In this document: in pieces, positions 1-11,050 of the stretch
How the letters are laid out: the number at the start of each line of letters is the position of its first letter
Numbering within the stretch: position 1 is the stretch's first letter
DNA from: Saccostrea echinata
Lineage: Eukaryota
Direction of reading: 5' to 3'
DNA: 64,000 nt
Assembly: GCF_033153115.1 (NCBI RefSeq)
Contig: NW_026889790.1
Span: 434,001-498,000, forward strand
Notes under the pieces: generated by a model
Told to the model about the DNA's origin: nothing
Database searches by the model: none
Seen by the model: the letters and a program-made list of their open reading frames with translations, nothing else
Position numbers and translations under genes: made by a program

Positions 1-790
1 CAAAGTTTTACTTTGACTTAATGATAGATTGCATTTGCTAACAAGGTCATTGTATCGACCAAAGAACTTATGAAATGATGACTTTAAACGAGACTCTTGA
101 TATTCTTGTTTCATCAACTTGTTTATCAATAACTTACCTCATTTTAGAAATTGTTCATACATAGAACATTCTCTTGCATATCGAATCAACTGAGAGATAT
201 ACACCCCATTTGCAGGTGATAAGGGTATATTGCTGCATAAGTAAGGGAAGTTGACAATTGAAAAGTTAAAGTCATCACGTTTATCATAAAGCTTTGTTGT
301 TAGATTATCATTAATGTCTTTTTCTAGTGAAATATCCAAATATGAAACAGATGTGTCAGACTCTGTGGTATCTTTTATTTCAAGCTCACAGGGATATATT
401 GTGTCGACACATGAATGGAAAAAACTATTGTTTAGTTAATTGATAATACGTCATTAATATACCTAAATGTCAAATTGAAGGCCACAGCAAGAGATTTCTT
501 TTTCTCATGTATAAGATTTTGAATAAATTCTGCTTCATATGAATACAAAAATAGGTCTGCTAACAACAGAGCGCAATTGGTACCCATGGGAATTCCAACA
601 GACTGTTTGAAGACCTGGTCTCCAAAAACCACATAGATATTGCCAATCAGAAACTCAAACATCTTTTTAATATCAACTTCAGAGTTGTGTGTACAATCAG
701 AATGTTTTTAACAAAATAATTTTGCAAAGGACCAATGACAAGGTAAGTAAATTTACGAGTTTCATTTTTATTGAAAAAGCAAATGTTATG
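1..790 (-). mobile_element. Degenerate Penelope-like retroelement RT fragment in ADPRH intron 2
   Basis: Broken ORFs 432-662 (QSVGIPMGTNCALLLADLFL...FRYINDVL; catalytic YxDD decayed to YIND) and 139-339 (TTKLYDKRDDFNFSIVNFP...GVYISQLIRYAR) resemble PLE RT and thumb motifs; frameshifted. Confidence 0.75.
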
Positions 791-1240
791 GCCAAGGTTA
801 AAGTTGGGCAATTTTTGGGGTAAGTTTGGTAATTTTTGGTAGAAGTGGGTCAAACTCCAAGATCAACATCAAGGTTAAATATGTTGGTATCAAAAGGAAT
901 GTCTTGTCACAAGGAATACAATATGAAAGCCATAGTCCCAACCAATCAAAAGTTATAGGCAAGGTTAAAGTTTTTGCAGACAAACAGAAAAACAGATGGC
1001 CGAACAGGGCAAAAACTGTATACAGTTAAACTTCGGTATCTCGAACACTGATATCTCGAATACCATGGATATGTCCAAGTGATTTGGAAGTCCCAACTAC
1101 TAATTCTTTAAGTATTGTACACTCGATATCTCGAATCATCAGATATCTCGAAATTTTTTCTCTGTCTCATCAAGTTTGAGATAACGAGGTTTGACTGTAC
1201 CCCAAATCTTCAACAGGGGGGCACAAAAAAAAAAAAAATA
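783..1240 (+). mobile_element. 3' part of a HINE/Helentron-type non-autonomous element (same family as 54943-59000), interrupted by a MITE
   Basis: Monomer sequence gtcttgtcacaaggaatac...atatgaaagc, ACAG-type microsatellite, terminal hairpin cccc-aaatcttcaaca-gggggg followed by an A-run. Confidence 0.75.
1023..1197. mobile_element. Tc1/mariner-pogo type MITE, TA TSD
   Basis: Imperfect 24-bp TIR CAGTTAAACTTCGGTATCTCGAAC, TA on both sides; further copies at 30547 and 36346. Confidence 0.85.
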
Positions 1241-1299
1241 AATAAAAAAGTAAAAATCAACCATTTATTTCAAAAAGAAGCTAGTTAAAGAAACCTTAC

Positions 1300-1353
1300 C
1301 CTCAGATGTCGCTAAATGCATGACAGTGTCATCACTGACTATCCACTTTGGTG
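1300..1353 (-). CDS. ADPRH: ADP-ribosylarginine hydrolase, coding exon 2 (gene continues past the window start)
   Basis: T-tract TAG acceptor; encodes PPKWIVSDDTVMHLATSE with the catalytic SDDT motif; GTAAGG donor. Confidence 0.93.
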
Positions 1354-1549
1354 CTAAAAAAAAAAAAATGTACAATGCAAATTGATTTACAGAAATATTT
1401 AAAAATCATTTTGAAATTTATGACAAAAGTTACTCAAAGCCCTGATTTAAAAAAAAAAGATCAGCAAAATTGTTGATCAAGCTGTATGCTAATTTTAAAA
1501 TTTTATACCAAATGCAATCAATAACTTAATATAAAAAGTATTATCTTAC

Positions 1550-1709
1550 GTTTCACTTTAATAGCGTTTAATCCTCCTAATGCATTTAGCTCCTTTATAA
1601 TTTCTTTTCCGTGATGACAAAACTCCCAGGAGCCATTCTTATACCCCAGAGCATCTCCAGCCGCACTCAGGACCATAGCGGCCTCATAGCGCAGGGGCAA
1701 GGAAACCAT
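1550..1709 (-). CDS. ADPRH: ADP-ribosylarginine hydrolase, coding exon 1
   Basis: [30 protein letters not shown] matches the ARH1 N-terminus ([20 protein letters not shown]); GTAAGA donor at 1549, phase 1. Confidence 0.93.
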
Positions 1710-2042
1710 GTCTGGATTTGATCTTTTCTTCTACTAAATTTAATTATAGTTTCCTGTTTTGGCCAGTGCACAAAAACGGGTTCTGTGAATTCATATAAAT
1801 ATTAGATACAGAAAGTAAATTCAAACCCTGATTTAAAGTAATCAAGTAAAATCAATATAAATTACAAACCAAAAATAATGAAATCGTCTTAGTCTTACAT
1901 TGTTGACAACAGTCAGAAATACAGAAATAGCCATGACACAAAACGTAAACAAAGTAACTTTCCTTTTCACTTAAAAGCGAAAGTATGTCAAATACGAAAT
2001 AATATTAAACGAATTAACAAGAATCTATTACACCGGAACAAT
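1710..2042. promoter_or_regulatory. Probable bidirectional promoter and 5' UTRs between ADPRH and the Cys-rich gene
   Basis: Only 333 bp lie between the two divergent start codons (1709 on -, 2043 on +). Confidence 0.55.
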
Positions 2043-2176
2043 ATGTGCAAGAAACGAAAAGGCAAAAATTTTCTGTATCTTTTATTAATTATGCTTACTT
2101 TTAGCTTCTGTAACTGTGGATGGACAGAAGATGGAGGGTATATTGGACTCTATCCTGGCGGGTGCACCGTAAAAAG
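2043..2176 (+). CDS. Small secreted cysteine-rich protein, exon 1 (signal peptide)
   Basis: MCKKRKGKNFLYLLLIMLTFSFCNCGWTEDGGYIGLYPGGCTVK: basic n-region, hydrophobic h-region, small-residue cleavage site; AG|GTATCT donor, phase 2. Confidence 0.75.
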
Positions 2177-2231
2177 GTATCTCCCACCACGAAATCTACA
2201 TACACTGTAACTTATAGTAGTGTAGTAAACG

Positions 2232-2347
2232 CAGGAGTTCGCAATTTTATCAGTAAAGTCAATAGAAATCACTCGCTAACGCATAGCTCATGGCTTGGTC
2301 AATCGAGTGATTTCTATTGACTTTATTGATAAAATTGCGAACTCCTG
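2232..2347. mobile_element. Short fold-back element
   Basis: About 44-bp arms caggagttcgcaattttatc...cactcg with a near-perfect reverse complement around a short loop. Confidence 0.7.
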
Positions 2348-2373
2348 TGGTAGTAAAAATGCATATGTAAATA

Positions 2374-2802
2374 TAGTTAGAATATTCTAACTGTGTCTCG
2401 GGACAGGCCCTCACCACAGTTAGAATACGTCCCATATACTTGCAATGTAGCAAATCGGAGTGGATCCACTCCGAAATGATTCTGAAGAATACAAAATGAG
2501 TTGCACTGAAAATAACTACCAAATTAATCATAACAAACCTTTTTGAGATTGTATATGCCTTTTAACCTAAAAATTAATCCATATATATACGAAAATTCAA
2601 CTCATTTTCTCAACGTTTTTTCCTCGCTTCAAATTTAACGCCATGTTGACATTCGGAACTCTCTGGATTCTTCATAGAAAATGCACAGAGTTCGAGTTAT
2701 CGCCCGTGTTTATTTTGCTACATTGCGAATACACGGAACGAATTCTATCGTTAAACCGGGTCCGTAGGACAATATCATTTTAACGATAGAACATTCTATC
2801 TA
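2374..2802. mobile_element. Non-autonomous element with long imperfect inverted ends
   Basis: ttgcaatgtagcaaa / tttgctacattgcga and agaat...ttcta palindromes at both ends. Confidence 0.5.
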
Positions 2803-2923
2803 ATGTAAATATTACAATATACTTAAATATTATTAATATGTAATCATTCTGAAATAATTGTATATGCCCCCTGAGGACCCTTGACTGGTGAATAAACATA
2901 TATATATATATATATATATATAT

Positions 2924-3897
2924 GAATGTCAGACACCTCGGCCCATTGACATTTCGGTCCAATGACATCTTGGCTCAGACGGGTTGGCCCAAGATTTAAG
3001 ACAGCTCGGCCCATACATAAGACACCTCAGCCCAAGCAAAATTTTACCATGAAATATATATTTCCAATTTTTGGACTTGAATTAAAATGTTTATTGAAAA
3101 AAGTATATGAATAAACTATCAAGATTTTTTTTAAAAGATCTTCCATGAACACATTGATGATATTCAAAGAATGAGAAGACAATGCTATTAATTAAAGTGC
3201 TAATTGATAAACAAACAAAATGCCGCGGCGCATCCTTTAGAGTGTCAAGTGTTTGTTTTATTGGTGACAACAGGGGGTTAATTATGAGCAGACTAAATCG
3301 GGAGACAGTAATTAAATACATTTAGATCCATCGAATATTTTCTCATTTATTTCTTAAGAAAAACATTTCCCTTCCTAAATTTGTTATCGTCGCTTATAAC
3401 TAGTTTGAGTCCATTTTTTTTCCCAGGCTACTTGTATCAAAGCAAGTACATGACCAATCTCCTATGTATGAGCCAATATGGTAAAATGTGGTACTTAACA
3501 CGTCTTTTCCTCTTTTTTTTGGCTAATACAAGATTAACGCGCGCAACCGTGATACAGCAGAATTTTTTTTTTTACATTTTCCACAAGAAATAGTTGTAAT
3601 TGAAAGATTGATCTAATCAAGTTCACTTGGAAAAATAAAACGATTATATGTATCAAAAACCCCCATTTTTTATTATTTTTAAAAAATTTTTAATCGTCAG
3701 AAAGAATAATAACACCAATGATAACATCAATTCAAACGCTGGGTTAATCTGTTCATATTTTTCCATCGTAAAATTTTGTTTGGGCCGAGGTGTCTTTTAT
3801 ATGGGCCGACGTGTTACCAATCTTGGGCCGACCTGTCAGGGCTGAGATGTCAAGTGTGACGGGCCAAGGTGTCATTGGGCCGAGATGTCTGTCTACC
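2924..3897. mobile_element. Non-autonomous TIR DNA transposon inserted in a (TA)n tract
   Basis: About 120-bp imperfect TIRs built of repeated GACAYCTCGGCCCA motifs; (TA)n on both flanks. Confidence 0.8.
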
Positions 3898-4599
3898 ATA
3901 TATATATATATTATACATGTATATATTCACTATGTCCTTTCACCCTGACCTCATAGTCACCCACCCGTGTCAGCACGCTTACCAGTCAGTCGTGTCCTAC
4001 CAGTCAACCCTTTCACCATGTTCTTTACCTATTCTTATATGTATTGTATGTACTTGTATTTCTCCAACATGTAAACCTGGGTGTTTTGTTGTCACCTAAT
4101 ACAGGTATGCAACATTTAAGTAAAGTCCCCTATTTTACTACAGTTGGCACAGACAGAGGCACTTGTTTTCAGGATGGCGTGTTTTGTATATTGTGTGTTT
4201 TTCTATGTCTGTCTGAATACACTCATTAAAATAAAAATCAGGCTAAATTAGCATTTTATTTCATGTTTCTGACTCTGTGTATAAAAAGACAAAAGGTTCG
4301 ACAGTTGCCATCTCGAATTCCAGGGGTGCCTCCGTTCACACTTGATTTTATTCAAAAAATCAATTTCTACCCTTTTTCTACTAGTTTCAGGTGAGATCTA
4401 GCTTTGTAAATGATTGAATAACTCCCTTCAAATATCTGCTGATTTGTACTTGCCATATAAAACATGCAGTAAACCAAAATGTCCTCGATACCTAGCACTG
4501 AAACTGAAATAGATGGAAGTAACGATTTCTAACTTTGTAAAGTGTAGAGGCATTGCAGAATTGCATGGAAAGTCTAGAGAGGTCATATTTCTGTTATTT

Positions 4600-6420
4600 T
4601 TAACTGTATTTTGTAAGCTGGACATGAGTATTGTCACATTTAGCACAGTATCCAGAAGTGTAGATTAAAAACTGGTTGTTACAGCTGATGGGTTGATTAA
4701 CATAGTCTGCAGGCCAGTATCCTATCTGCTGTAAACTGTTTGAGATACTGTTTGGGAAGAAGGACTGTTTATAAACTAGAGTCTTTAAATATGGTACCAA
4801 GAATCAGTAGGTATGTCCTTTGGCTGCAGACATCATTGAATTTAGCTTGATGGAATAGCCAGAGGCAGTGCACTTTCCTGTATATCATTACAGCTTTGCA
4901 TCTGGCTCATAGTTCCTCCAAAGATGTCCACTGGAGAGTTTCTAGAACTGATGTTAAACAGCTAGTTTGTGAGCAGTTTTGAGCTGCCCTAGCTTCTGGA
5001 TGTTGTGAGCTGTATGCAGGTTATGCGGGTCCCAAACAGTACGTGCATACCACTGAAGGTCTTACTAGCATAGTACAGCATGTTGCTTTGCAACTTCTTA
5101 TGCAGGCTGTAAGTTGCATTGTATAAAAGCATATAGGTGGAACTGGCTTTCTTTGTAATGGTTTCTATGTGTTCATTCCAACTGAGGCTCTTGTGGATGC
5201 TAACCCCAACATATTTGCAGAGTCCACTACATTTACTTCTAACCTAAGGCAGTGGATGTTGAAAGAGCTGATGTCAGACTTAGGGTTTTTTTTTAACTCA
5301 CAGTTGTTGGCATTTGCTGTTGTGGAACTCCGTCTGCCAGTCTGTTTCCTACTGTAGTAAACTATTCAGTCTTTTTGAAGATAAGTTATATTATTTGAGT
5401 AGATCTTGGCAGAGGACACAATCATTAGTCAGCAGTCAAACATTGGAATGATGGACATATTCTGGTAGATCGTTGATAAAGAGGAAGAACATCAGTGGTC
5501 TGAACATGCTCCCTTAAGGCATTCCTGACTGGACAGTGGCATTGCTGGAGCTCTTCTCATCTACTTACACTCCCTGGATCCTGCCTTTAAGGAAGTTCTT
5601 GGCCCAGTCCAGTTAGACCCTCTGAACTCATAATAGTGAAGTCTCTCAAGGGGATCAAATGCTTTGGAAAAATCTCAAAGTATAAGGTCTGTCCAGTCAC
5701 TGAGATCCATATTTTGGTTAGGTCCTGAACTGTCAGGATCAACTAGGACTAGCATGATCTGTTTTTCCAGAATCCATGTTGAGCATCAGTAATTCATGCA
5801 TCTCTAGGAGTTTCGAAATGTGCTGCTGCATATTAAGTGCTCAAGGACCGTACATGTAACTAAAACAGCCAGTAGTTAGCAACTTAGCTGCTTAAGACTT
5901 TTTCCCTTTGTTAAGGATTGGTACTATATTAGCTTCTTTCCAGTTTGATGGCAACTTCCCTTGCATGATGAGGCCTGGAAGAGTGTTGTTAAGATAGGAG
6001 CTAGGTGGACTGCTTGCTCGTTAAAAAGACAAGTTTGTGTTTCGTCTTGTCCAGCTGCCATATGGATGTTATTAAATAAGGTTGTCTAACAGTTTACGAA
6101 CCCCATTTTCTGTCACTGTGATGTTATTCGTGGTAGGATGACTTTGATGTTTGCTTGGGATGATATTCACATCTTCGTTGCCATTGAAGACTCATGATGA
6201 GAATTGTCTATTCAAGATGTTTGCCTTTAATTCACTATCTAAATATGTTAGGCCATCTACCTCCTTAAGTGGTGCAACTCTGATTCGCATCTTTTTGCTC
6301 TTTATAAATCTTGGCTTACTTGTCAGATCTGATCTTATCATATCCTCTGTGTAGTACTTATAGGACTTCTTATGCTCTCTTTATAAGTCTGTGTAGTTCT
6401 TTTAGGACTTCTTATGCTCT
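4600..6420 (-). mobile_element. Decayed CR1-group LINE (RT and 3' region)
   Basis: Minus-strand remnants QHGF (~5775), DFSKAFD (~5665), SGMP*GS (~5520) and C-terminal YKQSFFP; many stops and frameshifts. Confidence 0.8.
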
Positions 6421-6426
6421 CTTTAA

Positions 6427-6848
6427 GGTGGAAGTAAATACTTCACACTGTTAGGGGTATTTTAGTGTCATCCTGCAAACATCAGGTATTTTAGTGTCAG
6501 TCTGGCTTTCAAAGTGAAAGGTTGTTACTTTCAGTTCTTAAAATTTTTTCAAACCTTACATCACCCCATCAAAATACATCATATTCTATGACAGAGTTTT
6601 ACTTATTAAAAATTAAGATGACTTGGAACAATTCTTACAGAATGCTGGTGGGAAATAAAGGACATTAAACATAGTATCCCTATGTTTCTTAAAGTTTTTT
6701 GTGTAGTTTTAATTTTTAGCACAGTAGTAGCTTGTCATATTCTTATCTTTTTCATTTGGTATTGTACTAGAGCTCCAATGATGACAATGGTGCACTGAGC
6801 TACATTATAATCAGTCTTCACCTAAAATGGGTCTGATTTATGACCACC
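6427..6848. mobile_element. Possible Kolobok-like non-autonomous element
   Basis: TTAA|GGTGG ... CCACC|TTAC ends; weak TIR. Confidence 0.3.
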
Positions 6849-7360
6849 TTACTTTGTTCTTGCTCTCTCCATTAACAATTAATTCAACAATTAATTTCTA
6901 CTTTTTATTAATATTTAGAAATCTTCCACATGTATACCCATTGTTACAAGCCACAGCCCAAAGTGTAGGATCCTCTCCCATTCTGGAGAGAGTTATAGCT
7001 TGAGATGATGTTTACTCTCTTCCATTCAGTTTCTCTTCCATTCCAAATTCACATTGAAGGTATGTGGTTTCAGTTTCCCTTCTAGCTTCTTTTCTCTTCT
7101 TTGTAATACAAAACCATGTTACTGGTATGCTTGTCTGAGCAAGAACATGTTAACTCACTATGGCCTACATATATTAGCTTGTGCCATTTTCTGTTTCCTT
7201 AGTTCTTTATTCTTATGGAAAATTCAAAGTAAGAATTTTATTGAGTTAATCAATAATTATTCCACCAATACTTGTGTTCTTACACCATTTTATAATTTGT
7301 GGGATTGTTAAGTTTTCAGTTTAAATTCTTGATATGATCAGTATGTTCTATTTGTTTTAG

Positions 7361-9780
7361 TGACTGGGTGAATTCAAAAAAAATGACCACCAAACTGAAT
7401 TTTTTTGGCAAAATTCAACTACTTATAACATATTTTTCACTTATATCATCATATTGCAAATGCATTCTAGTTTAAAATCCTGAAGTGGCAATAGAATAGA
7501 CAATTGGATTAAAAAGTTTCAGAATTTTTATTAGTAAAATTTCTTTTGAAAAAAGAAAATATCATTACACCTTAAAAGACTTTCTAAAATACATAATCTC
7601 AAGAAATTATAGTTTTTTATGCTTCAAAATGGTAAAACGGGTATAAATGATTAAATCTAGACCTTGAATGAGTATCTTCTCTTGTACATGTGACAAAAAA
7701 TTGGCTTTTTGATTGTTATTTTACATTATTTTTTCAATTCTGGTTTGAAAAGTTTTCATATGAAAAAAATATGAAGCAATAAAATTCCCCAAAATTCACT
7801 TTTTTGTCCGTTCAAGTCAATTCTTTAAATCTAAGCCAAAAAAGAATTGATATATACGAGTTCTCTTACAAAAAATACTAGATTTTGAAGTCACCCTATG
7901 TTACATTATTGTGTTGCACTCCTGACATCTGATATGTATTTAATTTAACATTGTTTTAAAAATTATAACACACAATAGCCCATTCTTACTTTGTAAATCA
8001 ATTTGTCGTGTTGATATTTTTCATCGTTTACAGCAGGTTTTTCATATTTTGAAGACCTTAAAACGATTATTTGCAAAGTGTAATATATATAAATTGTATT
8101 TAAAATATATGTGATATGATGAAAACTATTCCCTGAATTGACTGTAAAATTTCTGTAATTTGTTGATAGACATAGTGTTTTGAACATCAAATAGTATCAA
8201 GCATTTTTTTCAACTTATTTTTTAGAAAACATAGTTAAAAAGCATCGGTAATTATGAAGCAGTTTTGTTGCACTCCTGACTGCAGTAAAGTTTAAAATTA
8301 AAACCATAGAACACAAAAATTCATAAAGTGTTGGCAACATCAAGTGGTAATGAAATTGTGCAATACTTATAGTCCAATACTTCATAATTAAAACAGATGA
8401 AAGTATTTAAAATTCGCATTTTATCTGGAATTATACCCTATTTTATGCCAAAAAAACTAGCTTAAATGTATATTTAGAAGATAAAATATATTTTAAAGCA
8501 TATTTTCCTTTAGAAGACAAACACAGTAACCCACCAGAAAAATTCTACTCATGATTTTTTCCTTATTTTTATTCTTATTGGATGATTTATAATTCTAACA
8601 TATTTGTTGCACTCCTGACCAAAAGCATTGGGGCCTTTAAAGTAGAATTGTGAAGTGAAAATTACATAAGAACTTGTTCTGTTGTTTCAGTGAAGTTGAG
8701 GAGGAATTACTTGAATTTTATGACAATCTTTTAGTGTGTTTATTTTTAACGTTCATTAAAAAAATCACAAAAAAGATAAAAACACATCTGAATTGATATA
8801 ATTGAAAAAGGAAGGATTTTGATCATAAAACTGTCAATAATATAGCATTAAATTATACAAAAAGATCATTATTAATTAATGAATACTTCTAAGCATGAAT
8901 AGAAGTCTTTTCGTCACAGAACTTGAATCTTTAAAAAAATGTGTTGCACTCCTGACCATAGAAATATGGATCTGAAGCACAGACAGATCCTGTAATTGAT
9001 AAATCTATTTGGTAAAAATGTTCTTTGTGGCTTTATTTCCCAAAATAAAAATCAGAAAATCATATAATGATAATAGTTTTTTCATGCTTGGAAGCAAAAC
9101 ATCAAATGTTGCACTCCTGACATTTTTGGGTATGCACATATACTTGACTCTCATTAATGCTGCTTGTGATTTATATAACATTTTAAAGTTTTAAAATGTA
9201 TATCAGTTATTATTTTACACTTCCAAAATTCTTTTTTGTCTTAATTTTCTATCAGAATTTTACAATCGATGTTTTTTTGGCAACACTACATTTTTTCTGT
9301 TGCACTCCTGACATGGTATAACATTTTTTTAAACATCAGCCATGACCACAACTTGATTAAACAAAAGTTTCAACAGTCCACATTTAAAGCTCAATACTTT
9401 GAATATTATCAGGAAAGTCTTTATTTTCAACATGAAGCATTATTTTTTATTTCACAGATCTCCAAAAAATATTGAAATTTCAAAATGTCACAAAAAGGTG
9501 TTGCACTCCTGACAATTTTAGCATCATTTTTGGGCATAACTTTTTTGTTAATTGAGATATCAACGAGATATTTGGCAGGTATTTAGACACTATCTAAAGA
9601 CATATGCTGAGACATAGAAATCTATTTTCATTGCCTGTATTTTTAGTGTGGGTTGATAAATATGCGTTTGGTCATTTTTTTTGAATTCACCTGACTGCCC
9701 AATGGATGAGAGATGCATGCATTCAGTAGAGGAGACAGTTTGTCCTAGTGATCATCAAAATTTATGCAGGTGTACTTTAG
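7361..9780 (+). CDS. Cys-rich protein exon 2 (7361-7366 plus 9698-9780), interrupted by a 2325-bp transposon
   Basis: Acceptor tttgttttag at 7360. Removing the element and one TGACTG copy gives an 89-nt phase 2-to-1 exon, SDCPMDERCMHSVEETVCPSDHQNLCRCTLG, with donor G|GTTTGT at 9781. Confidence 0.75.
7367..9691. mobile_element. 2325-bp non-autonomous TIR DNA transposon, 6-bp TSD, with seven internal 15-bp direct repeats
   Basis: Perfect 23-bp TIR GGTGAATTCAAAAAAAATGACCA; TSD TGACTG at 7361-7366 and 9692-9697; no long ORF inside. Confidence 0.92.
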
Positions 9781-10417
9781 GTTTGTATTATCATATAGAT
9801 TAAGATTTAAGGTGGATAGACCCTCATGTAAGAGAGGTAACTCTCACTGGGATAATGACATTCCTTTTAAAAAAGAAAAGATCAATTTACATGTAAAAGG
9901 CCATTTCTGTCAAACTTTGCACAAAAGGTCATTCTGAAATTGCCCACATTTCAAATATAATCTAGATGTCTTTTCAAAAGTCATGATCATTAAAGAAAAA
10001 TTTTATGTAAGTTAACAGAGGGCTTATAACTGATTTACTCCATGTACAACTTCATCTCTCTCTCTCAGACAGAAAAAAATCTTGTTTTGGATATAGAAAA
10101 TGTATAATATTTCAACATATGTGTTAATGTTTATAAGGTTTAATTAACGTTAATAAAAATAATAATAATCAGTTGGAGAATAATCTTAAACATCACTGAT
10201 CTGAAGCTTATTTTTATCCTGGAAAGAGTAGTCTGAAGGACAGGTGATACAAACCTGTACATGCTTCACAATAAATGTAAAAATCATTTTAATAAAAACA
10301 AAAGCCAAAAATAAGGTAATTGTCAGAAGAATCCAGAACAGTATTTTTGGAAATGTGTTATTTATTGTTATTATAGAAAAAAAAAACCCTAGACTTTAGT
10401 ACTTTTTTTCCTATTAG

Positions 10418-10512
10418 GTTGTGAGATTGATAATCTAATTGTCCGTTATGAACAGTGGCGACCCATTCCAGGAAAAGGATTCTGCAAGTGTATCAATTCT
10501 TTAACAAATGAA
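10418..10512 (+). CDS. Cys-rich protein exon 3
   Basis: tttttttcctattag acceptor and GTAAGT donor; open only in the required phase-1 frame: (G)CEIDNLIVRYEQWRPIPGKGFCKCINSLTNE. Confidence 0.75.
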
Positions 10513-10781
10513 GTAAGTACATATGTAGTGATATTCAACACAAAGAAATTATAAATAAAATAGATATTGAAAGTTTATAAATGTAATGCAGTCCTTTAAA
10601 ATCAGCATACATGTACATGTACGCTAGTTTTTCAATGTTTATATGCATTTTCTATTTGAAAAAAAACAAAACAAAACTTCAATGTATTTTCATTTTAATA
10701 CTTTCAATATATATGGCAATATGGCAAATATTTCACTTAGATTTAAGTTGGCAATTTGTTTTATTTTTTGATTATGTATAA

Positions 10782-11002
10782 TTTTTAGGTCACCTGAGTC
10801 ATTCAGGTGACCTATTCTGTCAGTTTTTGTCCCTCCATTTGAGCATTTTCAGCTTCTTCTCTAGAACCACTGAACAATTTCAACCAAATGGCACATGGCA
10901 TCTATGGGTAAAAGGGAACAAAAATTATGAAGCAGCTACTCATCACAGATGATTGAAATTTTAGCACACTCTTTGTTTAGGCATGCCATATGGTGGGATT
11001 CA

Positions 11003-11050
<48 letters not shown>

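Noticed and set aside
2120-2320. ORF-track ORF MDRRWRVY...
   Set aside because: Different frame from the signal-peptide exon at 2043; it runs into a fold-back element.
3919-4340. Possible solo LTR (TG...CA, AATAAA)
   Set aside because: No TSD, PBS or second copy could be identified.
6349-6424. Tandem duplication of about 42 bp
   Set aside because: Local slippage at the end of a decayed LINE; no sign of function.
7912-9513. CRISPR array interpretation of the 15-bp repeats
   Set aside because: Repeats are too short, spacers are 150-340 bp and irregular, there are no cas genes, and the context is eukaryotic.
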